A stretch of DNA of 64,000 nt from Mytilus edulis. Lineage: Eukaryota. Positions 1 to 12,500 of this stretch are shown here, in pieces. The notes beneath the pieces were generated by a model. That model ran no database searches, was not told the origin of the DNA, and was given only the letters and a program-made list of their open reading frames with translations. The DNA is taken from contig NC_092351.1 of the NCBI RefSeq assembly GCF_963676685.1, forward strand, positions 28,396,001-28,460,000, written 5' to 3'. Position 1 is the stretch's first letter, and each line of letters starts with the position of its first letter. A program made the translations under genes and the position numbers.

Positions 1-1002
1 AAATATTTTGAAATCGTGAAATAATTACAACATACAGGATACAAACAGCGGGTACTTGCACAAATGCTACAGTTTTAAATACAAACATATAACATACAAA
101 AAAGTTAAGTAAGAAATAAGCTGTTTCATAAACACTGTTATGTACTACAACAGCATGAAATAGATATGTATTAATCAGTATATCAATTCATTACACCGTT
201 ATATTTTAGCTTTTATTTCTATACTAATCTAGTAGTTACTATATATGCATTTAACTGTATTTCTATATGCATATGTAATTTTTAATGGCGTAGGGCCAAT
301 TTCTCTTGTGCATTGTTTATATTCATTTCACCTCCCAAAAACATTTAACATGGAAAATGATAGTGCAAGTGGGGCATCCGCCGTGTACTTTGGACACATT
401 CTTGTTTTATAGTGCAATTTGATTCAGAATTATGCATTTGGATAAGATAAATTTGTGGGAAAATTAAATAAATAAAAATGTTTTTTTATACTCGATTAAA
501 GTACAAATAATGAAATACAATACGAGTATATATACTTTATGATCAGGTGGAACGACAAACTAAAAGGTTGAACTATTTTATTGCATTGGTTATGTTTATT
601 TCACCCTCCAATTTTTTTTTTAAAGTACTACAATATTAATAAGATTTACAGCATAAAGGCTTCATCTGTTTAAAACTGTTTTACGTATTTTCAAACATGC
701 AATCGAACTGTAATGTCAAAAGAGGACCTTTTAATCAAATAATTAATTCTTAACCAAGTCAAGTATGTCTCAGAAAGTAAAGATATATACTGCTGTCTTT
801 CCGATGAAAAGTAAACCATGTTATAAATATAATTCACTTCTTTGCAATATTTTACAAAAAAGTAAAAAATAAATCAATATTGTGTCAAAATCAATAGCAT
901 TTAACAGCAATGCACGGCACTGTATAACAAATTTGATTTAAGGTTACATGTAAAAAAATGTTGGGAAATCTGGTCAATTTATTTTTTAGACTCGGTAATA
1001 TT

Positions 1003-1830
1003 CGGTGCATTACCTTTGCGCGCATTACCATATTGCGCGCAAAAATCATTACGTTTGTGCGCAGCTTTTGATTACAATTGCGCGCATTTTTTTTCGACAG
1101 GTAAACTCAGGTAAGCTCAGGTAATATAATACTTATTTATTTATAAATTTATTGAACTATTTTTAAGTAAAAGTACCTTAGTTCCCTTAGTCAAAGTCAC
1201 CTACTCACCCACGAGGAGGTGGACGTGGGATTCAAGCAGGATTAGTCGGTTGCATTACATTCAATCAATACGAAAAGCTTTATATTCATCATGTATATAC
1301 AAAATTTAGTCCAGGTATCTATGATGAGTTTATTTATATACTAATGATTTTCCCTCCGATTTGCTATAAAAAAAAACACACCTTCAACTGTTCGTGCCTT
1401 GACAAAACTTTACAAACTGTAACTTAAATTATTTAAAATTTAAAAGAGATCACTATTCGGGGACTTGTTCACCCTGACAAATTCGCAATGAAGTTACATG
1501 TATCCTCTAAGTTATAACAGAATTTATCATGAACACTTTAATTTAAATTTTGTCTTAGAATTTAATATAAACGATATATAACTTAAATATATTTTCAAAT
1601 TTAATGATTTTTAGTCATATCTAATATAAAAATTATAGTCATTTATATTTCATTATATTCCCGTTTTAATCTGAGTTTATCTGTAAGATAAATGTGCGCA
1701 AATATAATCAAAAAGAGGGACGAAAGATACCAAAGGGACAGTCAAACTCATAAATCTAAAACAAACTGACAACGCCGCGCGCAAATGTAAAACATTTTTA
1801 TTCACAAATGCGCGCAAACGTGATGCGCCC
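1003..1830. mobile_element. Non-autonomous TIR element with 8-bp TSD and TTGCGCGCA subterminal repeats
   Basis: Left CGGTGCATTACCTTTGCGCGCAT versus right reverse complement GGGCGCATCACGTTTGCGCGCAT; TSD GTAATATT at 995-1002 and 1831-1838. Confidence 0.8.
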
Positions 1831-2859
1831 GTAATATTCGAGTTTTCACTTACTTTTATGACATTGTGTGTCAAACAAATACGTGTATAAGGCAAATAAG
1901 CCCTTCCTTTTTTATAGTGCAATTTGATTCAGAACTCTGCATTTTGATAAGATATAGTTGTGGGAAAATTATATAAATACATATGTTTTTTTTTATACTC
2001 GATTAAAGTACAAATATGCTAGATTATATTTGAAGAGTTTTATTTTTGTCTTACCTTATAAAACGTGTACAAATTATCTCGATATTTCGCTATTGAGACG
2101 ACTACAAATAATAAAATACAATAAGAGTATATATACTTTATGATCAGGTGGGACGACAAACTAAAAGGTTGAACTATTTTATTGACTTCTAGTTTATATT
2201 CTAAACATAATTCGAAGTAGATTAACAATGTTTTATTGATCTACAATGTAGAGGATATAACACTAAGTAAATTTTTAATTCAAAAATGAAATTGTTAACA
2301 ATCCCATAAACTAATTAAAACCAACAAAACTTTTAATTGACAATTGGTAAACACAGAAAATCAAATATCAGGTATCTGCTCAATAAAAAAAGTTTTATCA
2401 ATCGGAGAAAATATTCAAATAGAATTCTCTGGTTTCTAAATTTAACAGACATGAAATTTGTATTGTGTCATAGATTCAGAAATAATAGTTGCTTAAACAA
2501 TTTAAGTCCTTTTGATTTGATATCTAGTTGTAAAATTCTGTGTCACTTGGTCTCTTGTGGAGAGTTGTCTCACTGGCAATTATACCACATCTTCTTTTAT
2601 ATTTATATATATATATATAATAGGTAAAAATGTCATAAATAGGTGTACAAAAGTCAACTTGTGTTATATTCTAGCAGTGCTGTAGACTCTTGATTTGTTT
2701 TGTCTTGGTTTTGTCTAATCTTTTGCAACCTTCGATATTGCTGTTCCTTTAGTTCATCCGGTCTCTCGGCTTAGAAATCATCTTTGCTGCTGCGTTATTT
2801 GATTCTCATAGCAAGTATACAATTCTAGATAATCGATTTTTGTTTCTTTGTGACAGGTT

Positions 2860-2942
2860 AATAGTTATCAAAGGTACCAGGCTTATTATTAAGTACCCAT
2901 GACGCGCGTTTTGTCTACATAGGACTCATTAGTGACGCTCAG
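2860..2942 (-). mobile_element. Decayed hammerhead plus tail fragment (family 2)
   Basis: Core mutated (CTAATGA; GAAA changed to AAAA); stem III palindrome retained. Confidence 0.7.
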
Positions 2943-3282
2943 AACAAAACTGTTATACCTAGTTCATTTATAAGATTTTAGTTTGGGGCAACTTAACGTG
3001 GACGATTTATTTGTTTAATAGGTAATGTTGATTAGAAAAAATAGCGACATAGCTAGATAATACAATAAATTATCTAATTACTAACACAATTCTATATTGA
3101 TTAAATTGTAATTGTTATATTATACACCAAGTACCATAATTAAAAACCTGATTTTGAACTATATAAAACAAAATTGAATTTACCTGTGACGTCATTTTGT
3201 AGCGTAACTGCATGGTTCTTTTGTTCTATTTTATGTGCTGTCCCTTTCTTGTTTTACGTGGTGTTTGTTTTTATTCTGTGGT

Positions 3283-3464
3283 TAGTCACCACCTTGGTGT
3301 TGACAGGAACATCAACATTTTAGAATTTTGGGTCATCAGTGCTTTTCAACTTTGTACTTGTTTGAATTTCTTTACTATTTTGATCTGAGCGTCACTGGCG
3401 AGTCTTATGTAGACGAAACGCACGTATGGTGTATTAAATTATAAGCCTTGTACCTTTGATAACT
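3283..3464 (+). mobile_element. Decayed retrozyme family 2 fragment; hammerhead at 3387-3432 with mutated core (CTGGCGA)
   Basis: Similarity to the 18448 and 53557 copies. Confidence 0.7.
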
Positions 3465-3479
3465 GTTAGCATGCCAACA

Positions 3480-3832
3480 TGTCCTTTTGTTATGTTTATT
3501 TGTGTATTTCTCTGTCTTGAATGTTCTTGCATTTATTTGTACTGTAGTCATGTCATGTAATGTTGTTATGTTAGCCGCAAAACCAGGTTTAACCCACTAT
3601 TTTTCTTAAAATGTCCTGTACCAAGTCAGGAAAATGGCAGTTGTTATATAATAGTTCGTTTCTGTGTGTTGCATTGTTGTTGTTTTTTTGTTGCACTTCA
3701 GTGTTTCTATTGCTTCGTTGTTTTCCTCTTATAGTTAATGTGTTTACCTCAGTTTTAGTTTTTAACTTGGATTTGTTTTCTCTCAATCGATTTATGGCTT
3801 TCGAAAAGCGGTATACTACTGTTGCCTTTATT
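3480..3832. repeat. Dispersed repeat (CGGTATACTACTGTTGCCTTTAT family)
   Basis: Copies at ~4520-4631, 5195-5445, 16365-16458, 19930-20030, 26465-26690 and 50514-50640. Confidence 0.8.
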
Positions 3833-5532
3833 GATACAGCCAAACAAATATAACGTAAGTTTGGTTTTAACTCTTTGCAAGGTTATTAATGAGAGTGAAG
3901 ACAACAGCTGTGTATTTAACTTGTCAAATTGCGTGTTGGGGACAATTTATAATTGGATTGTCGAAAAAAAGTATTAAGATTAAAATATTTTAATCAATGA
4001 GCTGATAGTAACATGATACTTGTATTACTATTACACTATAATATACACAACATTTAAAAGTATTTATAAGTATATCAGATTTTGTCACTTTGAAGTATAC
4101 AAAACTTACGTTTTTGATTCAAAATTATCTTTTTGAATACGTCATAATCATTTTGTTTTACATACACTTTTGTCGTGGTATCTTTCTAACTATTGTACGG
4201 TGTGAACATTAATAACTATTTTAGAATATATGTGCATGTCACGTATTAACTATTTTGACCAAAAAAATCGTCCCTAGAAAAAATAGGAATATAAGATAGG
4301 TTGTACAAGTTGTAAGACTACACGAAAGAATCTAGAAAATACGAAAATAATTACTGTTCTACAGAATGATTTTTGAATAGCACATTTAGAACATCAAATT
4401 GTATTCAAAATCATGTGTAATTGACTGCCAAAATTCAAACACACATCAGTTAATGCTAAAAAAAAATCAATCAAATATACAGACAAAAATTAAATACAAG
4501 TTGACTTTAATGCCCTGTTTCCATTCTTTATAGTTGACGTGTATCCGTCGGTTTTAGTTTGTAGGTCGTATTTGTTTTCTCTCAATCGATTGATGACTTT
4601 AGAACACTTGTATACTACGGTTGCTTTTATTAACTTATTCAATAAATAAATGGAAAATTATCAAGTCAAAGAGACTATTAGTTTTTCGTTTATTTGTTGC
4701 ATAAATCAGGCCATTTGTTTTGTTTTCTTGCTGTTTCACATTTTGTAATGCCGGAGCACTTTATAACACATAATACTATATGTGTTTTTCTCAGTGTTGA
4801 AGGCTGTGAGATGACAAAACACCCTCGTATTTTGTTATTTGGCGGACAGATGCCTCTTTAACAAAATGTGGAGCTAATAAAACATTACATCGACAAGAGA
4901 TACAATAGATTGGTGACTATATGTCTTTTTAACCTTTGTTCTTTCCAAAGCACCCAGTCATTATTTCTTATTCCTATAAAGCCAATAAAAATACAACAGT
5001 GATAAAACTTCATTAATTACTTAGTTGACATACAATTTTAAAATTGTCAATTTATTATTATTGAATCTCTTAAATATTCAATGTATAGTAATATTACATT
5101 TTAAGAATACATGCACGAGATGTGATGTAAACACCACAACATCCCGATTATACTTTATTACTTAAGGATATGCGATCATAAGGTTATTTCCAAAAAAATG
5201 CAGGGAGGTTTGGCATGCCACACAACCAGGTTCAACCCAACTTTTTTGTCTTGAAAGGTCCTGTACCAAGTCAGGAAAATGGCCATTGTTATATAATAGT
5301 TCGTTTCTGTGTGTGTTACATTTTAATGTTGTGTTTCTGTTGTGATGAGTTCTTCTCCTCAGTTTTAGTTTGTTAACCGGATTTGTTTGTTTCTCGATCG
5401 ATTTATGAATTTCGAACAGCGGTATACTACTATTGCCTTTATTTATTATATAAAATAAACTTTCGATTTTCGATTTATTCGTTATATATTTTAATTAAGT
5501 CGCTCACATTTCTGGGATGATTAAAACTCTGC

Positions 5533-5895
5533 AAAAAGTAAAATCACAAAAAAATACTGAATCCAGAGGAAAATCAACTCGGAAAGTCCATAATCACATG
5601 GCAAAATCAAATAACAAAACGCATCAAAAACGAATGGACAAGAACTGTCATATTCCTGACTTGGTACAGGCATTTTCGAATGTAGAAAATGATGGATTTA
5701 ACCTGGTTTTATAGCGCTAACCCTCTCACTTTGATGACAGTCTTCAAATTTCGTTATATTTACATTGATGCGTTAACTAAACAGACACAATAAATAAAAT
5801 AGTCAAAATATTGGCACATCAGTGATCATCGTATAACAATTTTAAAAGGAACAATTTAACAGAACACAAAAACATCTATTTACATACACATTCAT
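5533..5895 (-). repeat. Dispersed repeat matching the 3' end of the Penelope-like element (AAAAGTAAAATCACAAAAATACTGAA family)
   Basis: Further copies at ~16643-16995, 36460-36635, 40527-40620, 45400-45662 (opposite orientation), 46965-47040, 51300-51485 (opposite), 58260-58730, and contiguous with the RT at 56340-57470. Confidence 0.8.
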
Positions 5896-6383
5896 AATAC
5901 GTCAAGTAATTTCAAATTTCAGCCAGAAATCAGACAAGAAGCCTGGATTTCTCAATAATAATACACCAATGATATTTTTGTTCACTGACTAAGCATATAA
6001 GAAATGTTTTCATCCTTGCATATTTTTTTTTTAAATATTTAGAATATGTTTTGTATCAAAAGTAAAAAGAATATAACAAACACCAATAATTTGAAACCAA
6101 AATAATTTCTAATGAAAATATTTTACAATTTGTTTCTTACTAAATAAAAAATATCAAAGCTTCTGAAGTATCAAAAAGTTCGCGAATTAAACGTTTTCCC
6201 AGCTAAAAAACCATAAACATTTGGTAAATCAAATATGTAATTGAAATTAAATGCCTAATTAAATCTAAATAAAACTTTAATAACTATTCTGAAACGATAG
6301 AATGAACCTTAAATATTTCTGTATTAATAGAAACACATTTATTTTATAACACAGGTTTTTGCATATTTCTGTATAGTCGTCAC

Positions 6384-6534
6384 CAGAGTCTGATTTTAGA
6401 GGGGGAAGTGGGTTCGCCCTCTTCTGTGGGAAAATTTGGTTGATTATATAGGGAATCACTGAATCATGACTGGAGCTGGCCCGTCTTAGACAGTCAGTGG
6501 GTTCCGTCTACTTAAAATTTCTGGATCCGCCACG
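6384..6534. mobile_element. Short decayed hAT-like MITE
   Basis: GC-rich island ending in CTGGATCCGCCAC, the same terminus as at 31281-31293. Confidence 0.5.
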
Positions 6535-6631
6535 GGTCAAAATATTTGTCTTTAATTATTTGATTATGAATAGCCCCAAAAAGTTGTTTTCTGCACTTAA
6601 GGAGGCTCGCGGGTACGGTACTAATTTTCTT

Positions 6632-6675
6632 GTACCAGATGCGCATTTCGACAATACATGTCTCTTCAGAGATGC
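6632..6675 (-). ncRNA. Minimal type I hammerhead ribozyme (stem I weakened)
   Basis: Core CUGAAGA/GAAA/AUC intact; two stem I substitutions relative to the other copies. Confidence 0.75.
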
Positions 6676-6981
6676 TCGTGGCCTAAATATTTGAAATCCA
6701 AAGCTTATATAAAAGATGAAGAGCTATAATCCAAAAGGTTCAAAAAGCATAGCCAAATTCGTGAAAGGAATCAGAGCTTTGCATGAGGGAGATATATTCC
6801 TTAATTTATAATAATTTCTATCATTTAGTAACAGCAAATTTTAATAACACAAAAAATTTGTATTTTCATGGCAGTACCGAAGTACTGGCTACTGGGCTGG
6901 TGATACCCTCGGGGACTAATAGTCCACCAGCAGAGGCATCGACCCAGTGATAGTAATTAAATTAACGGTACTAATTTTCTT

Positions 6982-7025
6982 GCACCAGATGCGCATTTCG
7001 ACAATACATGTCTCTTCAGTGATGC
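6982..7025 (-). ncRNA. Minimal type I hammerhead ribozyme
   Basis: Stem I GCAUCA/UGGUGC, core CUGAAGA, stem II GACA/UGUC, GAAA, palindromic stem III AUGCGCAU, AUC triplet. Predicted cut between 6988 and 6987. Confidence 0.9.
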
Positions 7026-7331
7026 TCGTGGCTTAAATATTTGAAATCCAAAGCTTATATAAAAGATGAAGAGCTATAATCCAAAAGGTTCAAAAAGCAT
7101 AGCCAAATTCGTGAAAGGAATCAGAGCTTTGCATGAGGGAGATATATTCCTTAATTTATAATAATTTCTATCATTTAGTAACAGCAAATTTTAATAACAC
7201 AAAAAATCCGTATTTTCATGCCAGTACCGAAGTACTGGCTACTGGGCTGGTGATACCCTCGGGGACTAATAGTCCACCAGCAGAGGCATCGACCCAGTGG
7301 TAGTAATTAAATTAACGGTACTAATTTTCTT

Positions 7332-7375
7332 GCACCAGATGCGCATTTCGACAATACATGTCTCTTCAGTGATGC
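7332..7375 (-). ncRNA. Minimal type I hammerhead ribozyme
   Basis: Identical to 6982-7025. Confidence 0.9.
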
Positions 7376-7681
7376 TCGTGGCCTAAATATTTGAAATCCA
7401 AAGCTTATATAAAAGATGAAGAGCTATAATCCAAAAGGTTCAAAAAGCATAGCCAAATTCGTGAAAGGAATCATAGCTTTGCATAAGGGAGATACATTCC
7501 TTAATTTATAATAATTTCTATCATTTAGTAACAGAAAATTTTAATAACACAAAAAATCCGTATTTTCATGCCAGTACCGAAGTACTAGCTACTGGGCTGG
7601 TGATACCCTCGGGGACTAATAGTCCACCAGCAGAGGCATCGACCCAGTGGTAGTAATTAAATTAACGGTACTAATTTTCTT

Positions 7682-7725
7682 GCACCAGATGCGCATTTCG
7701 ACAATACATGTCTCTTCAGTGATGC
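7682..7725 (-). ncRNA. Minimal type I hammerhead ribozyme
   Basis: Identical to 6982-7025; the array ends at the 5' strand of its stem I. Confidence 0.9.
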
Positions 7726-8881
7726 TATAAATTATTACTTTATGATATGGTCCAAAAATCAACCAAATAAATCGATTCTGTTTGGCCCCAGATGACTTTT
7801 AAATTGTTTATATTATTAAAAAAAGCTCAAAATTATCTCCCTTTTGTGCAAAAATGCCATTTTTTGGCATTAGAATTAAAATATCTTTTTTAACTCATCG
7901 GTGACCTATATTTTTTTGTTATTGTTTTCAAATAAGCTGTACATAAACTAAATAATTGTAAAATTTAATCGACTTCTGTAATTACCTCTATTTCGTCTAT
8001 TAGTTCAACAGAAAAAAAAGAACATTAACAAAAATGTATGCTTCTTTCGGTTGCAGATTGTGAGCTGAAATGAACGGTGACCCCTTTTTTATTTCATTTT
8101 TCTATTAAGTATAAGATAAAGTTCATTTATAAAAAAAAATCCTATATTAAAAAAAAAATCATTTATACCCGCGAGCCCCCTAAAAAGAAAGGGGCTTTAT
8201 AATAATGGAATATAGAAATACTATTTCGCTATCAAAAGAGTTAGTTTGATTCAATTTCGTTAGAATAAGCTAACAAAATCAAACACTGATGTATTTTTTG
8301 CTTGCAAGTCAATTATTCAAAAACATTTGAATCAGTATCCATACAACTTTTAATTGGACTTTTAGTTGAGAAGGTTGCGCACATGTTCAACATCAGGGCC
8401 ATTCATAAAAAAGGAACTATAGAATTAAACTTATCAATTACAAAAGATAAACAAATTGAGACAATTATGATAATTCAAGGTAAAACAGAAGACCTCAGCA
8501 TGCTAATAAGATACCTTATTTTGTTCCACGAGTGATATCATAAATTACAGTGACCGACCTTATAAAAAAGAAGATGTGGTATGATTGCCAATGAGACAAC
8601 TGTTCACAAAAGACCAAAAAAAAACCATTAACAACTATAGGTCACCGTACGGCCTTCAACAATGAGCAAAGCCCATACTGCATAGTCAGCTATAAAAGGC
8701 CCCGATATGACAATGTAAAACAATTCAAACAAGAAAACCAACGGCCTTATTTATATAAAAAAAATGAATTTTTAGTTTATATTTGTGTAGAACGTTGATA
8801 TTTTTCGTGTGCATTATTTATATCTGTTCTTGGGTGTTAAATTATTATGAAGGAAATAGAGATTGAATACACAATCATAAA

Positions 8882-9342
8882 GGTGTAATACCACCATTGA
8901 TTTTGCCCTATTAGTCTTTGTTAAATTTGCACTTTTCAAAAAAATGTGCAGAATTATCTTTGTTTCAAATAAAGAAAAATTTGGCATGAGTAAAGTTTTA
9001 TCCTGTCCAGTACTATAGAAAAAATTTCACATAATATTTCATTGCATATAAGAAAATAACCATCATTGGAAGTTAACCAATAAAATTTCTCCCCTTATTT
9101 TATCTATGTACAAGGTTTAGTCAATGTTACCTCAAGATTACAAAATATTCTATAGAAATCCCAAATAAAAAATAATGGTGTTTTGAAATACCCAAGACAT
9201 ATGTTTATGACACAGAAATGTTTTACTGCAATAAAATGTAGGATTAATTACCTACAACTGTCAAATTCAAGAGAATAATCTTTTTTGACCTACTTTCGTA
9301 TACAACCGGATGTGACGTACCATGATTTGGTGGTATTACACC
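8882..9342. mobile_element. Kolobok-like MITE
   Basis: TIR GGTGTAATACCACCA / TGGTGGTATTACACC with TAAA on both flanks; an internal fragment recurs inverted near 58070-58115. Confidence 0.8.
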
Positions 9343-9454
9343 TAAAGTGTCATACTGAAAAAAAAACTTTTCAAAGATATAGCGTACTCAATTCTCGTAC
9401 CGTATTTCATGCATTCCCAATTTATGAAGGCACACACTCAACCTCGGATGAGTC

Positions 9455-9503
9455 GAATACTTTTGTCCAGTACCTTCGACTTCGACACAACGAGGTTCGA
9501 CTG
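9455..9503 (-). mobile_element. pogo/Tigger-like TIR fragment
   Basis: Minus strand reads CAGTCGAACCTCGTTGTGTCGAAGTCGA. Confidence 0.45.
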
Positions 9504-12500
9504 TTCTTCAGGAAGAACTACTAGTGACTTTGTTGAATGATTAAGCTCACAAAAACGTGTTATTAGGGTAATACGATGATGAACATATAGTTTTAATCTA
9601 TATATATATATTGAAACAAACAGACCTAGAAAAATCGTCTTTATGCGGGTTTTTTTGTGTGTCCATATCTATAAAGTAAATAATAAAAAAACCATTAAAA
9701 TGAAAAGAAAACAACCCACAACATATAATGATAATTTGCATGGACAAACTTCATCAGATACACTCAAAATCAATAGAATGGAACACAAATATCTAGTTTT
9801 GATCCAAACCAAACAACTAGAAACGTCTAACGTATTCTCTGAAGTCGGCATTAAACTGACCACATATAAATCGATATTGAAATAAATTTACGAAAAGGGA
9901 TGATCAAGATTTACATGTGCTGAATTTAGATGATCAGAAAACATTTATGTCATAGCAGTGCACTAAATGCACGTATCAATTAATAATGAGTGCATAACAA
10001 ATAAGAATTTCATAATATGATTTAAATTCAACAAATGTTAAGGTTAAATCCATACTTCAAAATATCAAACAAGGATACATGCATACATAATCCCCTTCCG
10101 CTTTGATGCTAATCGGAACCGATAAGCATTTACTTTTCAAAAGATTTTAAACTTTCCTTTATAATCTTTTAAAATGTTCAAAATTAAATCCTGTCAGAAC
10201 TCTGAATATTAATTACACAAATGTCACTTATCACATAATAATCAGTTAATAACGTGGCAGTGTCAGGATATTATAATCAAAACTGTCGTTAATTCATTAT
10301 GTGTCAGCAGATACTGAGAACATTAGGTTAACATTTACTAATAATACATGTAAATATAGACAAATTTTAATTTCCAATCAATCAAACGAGCTACCGACAA
10401 AACAAATATATGAAAAGCTATAGATATTCTATCATTCGTTCACCTCATTGTAGACACTACTATATATATAGGCCATTGAAAATTATATTGGTAACTTAAC
10501 GATAGCAAAATTGCGTATTTGAATAACTGACAAGTGAACAGATATGCCATTTTAACAGAATAATTCTCATGAGTTGAACAAGAAATGAAAAACAAATGTA
10601 GTTTATCGATCTTTGAATCCTATTTGAAAAGTTCGATTAATAAACTAACATCCAAGCAATGAAAAGTTGAAACAATATATTTAAAAGAAGAAAGAAAGCT
10701 TACAGGATACCCTTATCCTGTCGATACATACACTACCCCTCTTTTTGAGGTTCATGCGATTACCTTAGTATTTCTTTACTACTTCGATTTGTCACTCTAA
10801 TCGATTGATGGAATTTTGAATATTTGTAAAACACTATTTTCTAAGCATAGTACTGTCATACCTTCCTACCTTGTTGTTGGACTATAACGGTCAATATACA
10901 GTAGTAGCTGTATGTTAAAAGAGACGAAAGGTACCAACAAAATACCAAAAAGGTGAAGAAAAACTTAAAACGTCATGTAAAAGATGGACGGACTTTCAAA
11001 CTTATAAATCAAAAATTTACTGACAACTCCATTGCTACAAACGAAAAACGACAAACAGACATATAATAATACACAAAACACAACATAGAAAAGTAAACAC
11101 TGAGTAACACGAACACCCACCAAAAATTGGGGGAAATTATTAAACAATCATTTTGGTATATGGTATAAATATATTCCTTGTTAAAGTTTCCATATTTCTT
11201 TTCTATATGCGAACACAATTTCTTTTCGATATGACAAAACCACTTAAAATCCTGATATAAATTCATAGAACAATGTAAAATGTTTATATGTAACATTTGA
11301 AACAGCATCAACAATAACAATGAGTTAATTTATAAACTATAACTTACAAGAGTTCGATGGGTTGGAAATACATTCCAATAATTGTAAAGCTTTGAACTAG
11401 ATTCTTTTTGACGTGTATAAAAGATAATCAAAATATACCATGGTCTAACTTATTACAAAAACATTACACCCAGCCATACCAGACATCTTTTTAATGTGAC
11501 AAAGTTTTACTTGTTACATTGTTGTATACTAATATATGTATCCAATTACACGGAGTCTATTAAACGGAACATTTAAATGTTATATTTATTTCATAAATTT
11601 AACTGTAATGGATATTCATCACGCATACCGGCAATTTGAAACTTTGTAATTTACAATTGCGGGATTAAAAGAAAGTTTTTCAAATGTATACAAATACCTT
11701 ATATGTGACCGTGGCACTTTTTAGTATGATAAGGTAGTATTAAGATACGGTAATAATAATATAGGAATGAACGTACATGTTTAACCTTACTGAATAACTG
11801 AATACCTGAATGTTATGAAATGTGACTTTCAGAAGCATAATTTAGACTCACTATCAGAAGTGCATAAAACTATAAATCTGCATGATTTAAACGAACATGT
11901 TTGAGAGATGAATCCTAATTATAACATAATTTCTTTACGAACAACCTGGATTAACGATCGATCATTAGCAATCTATACATGTTATGTATACATTTGAAGT
12001 TGCAATTACGACTATATTATTCAATTGTTGGTTGAAAATGAGAAAAAGATTACTGTGTCACATGTGTATTGTTCTATTTTAGACACTTACAATATGAGAA
12101 CATACATACATAAACAAGAAGCAAAAGGTACCTCAGTGTTATTCATGATATTTCCACTCTTAAGTCGAAGAAAATCTGACAACGCAATGACAAAAGAATG
12201 AAATGCGACGAAAAGACAAACAATAGACTAAGTGTAAAAAATAATTACTGAGCAACAAGAACCCAACAAAAAACGATTCGGAAGTTGATCTCAGATTGTC
12301 AGAAATAATTTATTATTTGATTACGCTCTCTTCCCTCAGTAACAAAATCTGATAATTTCACATTTGGTATGATATGTGTCTCTCAGGTAATAAATATTAT
12401 TTTCTTTGCTAAAAAAAACTGATGGAGGAAGAACATTCAAAATTGAAAGCAGCCAGTAACAGTCCTAAAACAATCCAAACAGCAACCGTAGTTTAGTGTA

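Larger units (their letters stand above)
6615..7726 (-). mobile_element. Non-LTR retrozyme: 350-bp tandem array (3 units plus 62 bp) with 4 hammerhead ribozymes
   Basis: Near-identical units start at 6615, 6965, 7315 and 7665. Each carries GCATCA-CTGAAGA-GACA-tgtat-TGTC-GAA-ATGCGCAT-C-TGGTGC on the minus strand (two stem I changes in the 6615 unit). Confidence 0.92.
6601..8180. mobile_element. Kolobok-like MITE interrupted by the retrozyme array
   Basis: TIR GGAGGCTCGCGGGTATAAAT (left copy split by the insertion) versus ATTTATACCCGCGAGCCCCC; flanks TTAA and TAAA. Confidence 0.75.

Noticed and set aside
7240-7301. HDV-like ribozyme in the second domain
   Set aside because: Could not place P1.1 GG, P3/L3 or J4/2 in the required order on either strand.
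6615-7726. CRISPR array or plain satellite
   Set aside because: Whole units are near-identical with no unique spacers and no cas genes; the ribozyme motifs explain the array better.
9285-9524. 79-aa ORF
   Set aside because: Spans the end of a MITE and a pogo-like TIR fragment.
12420-12495. Signal-peptide-like frame on the minus strand (TTVAVWIVLGLLLAAF)
   Set aside because: No start codon, flanked by stops, no donor site.
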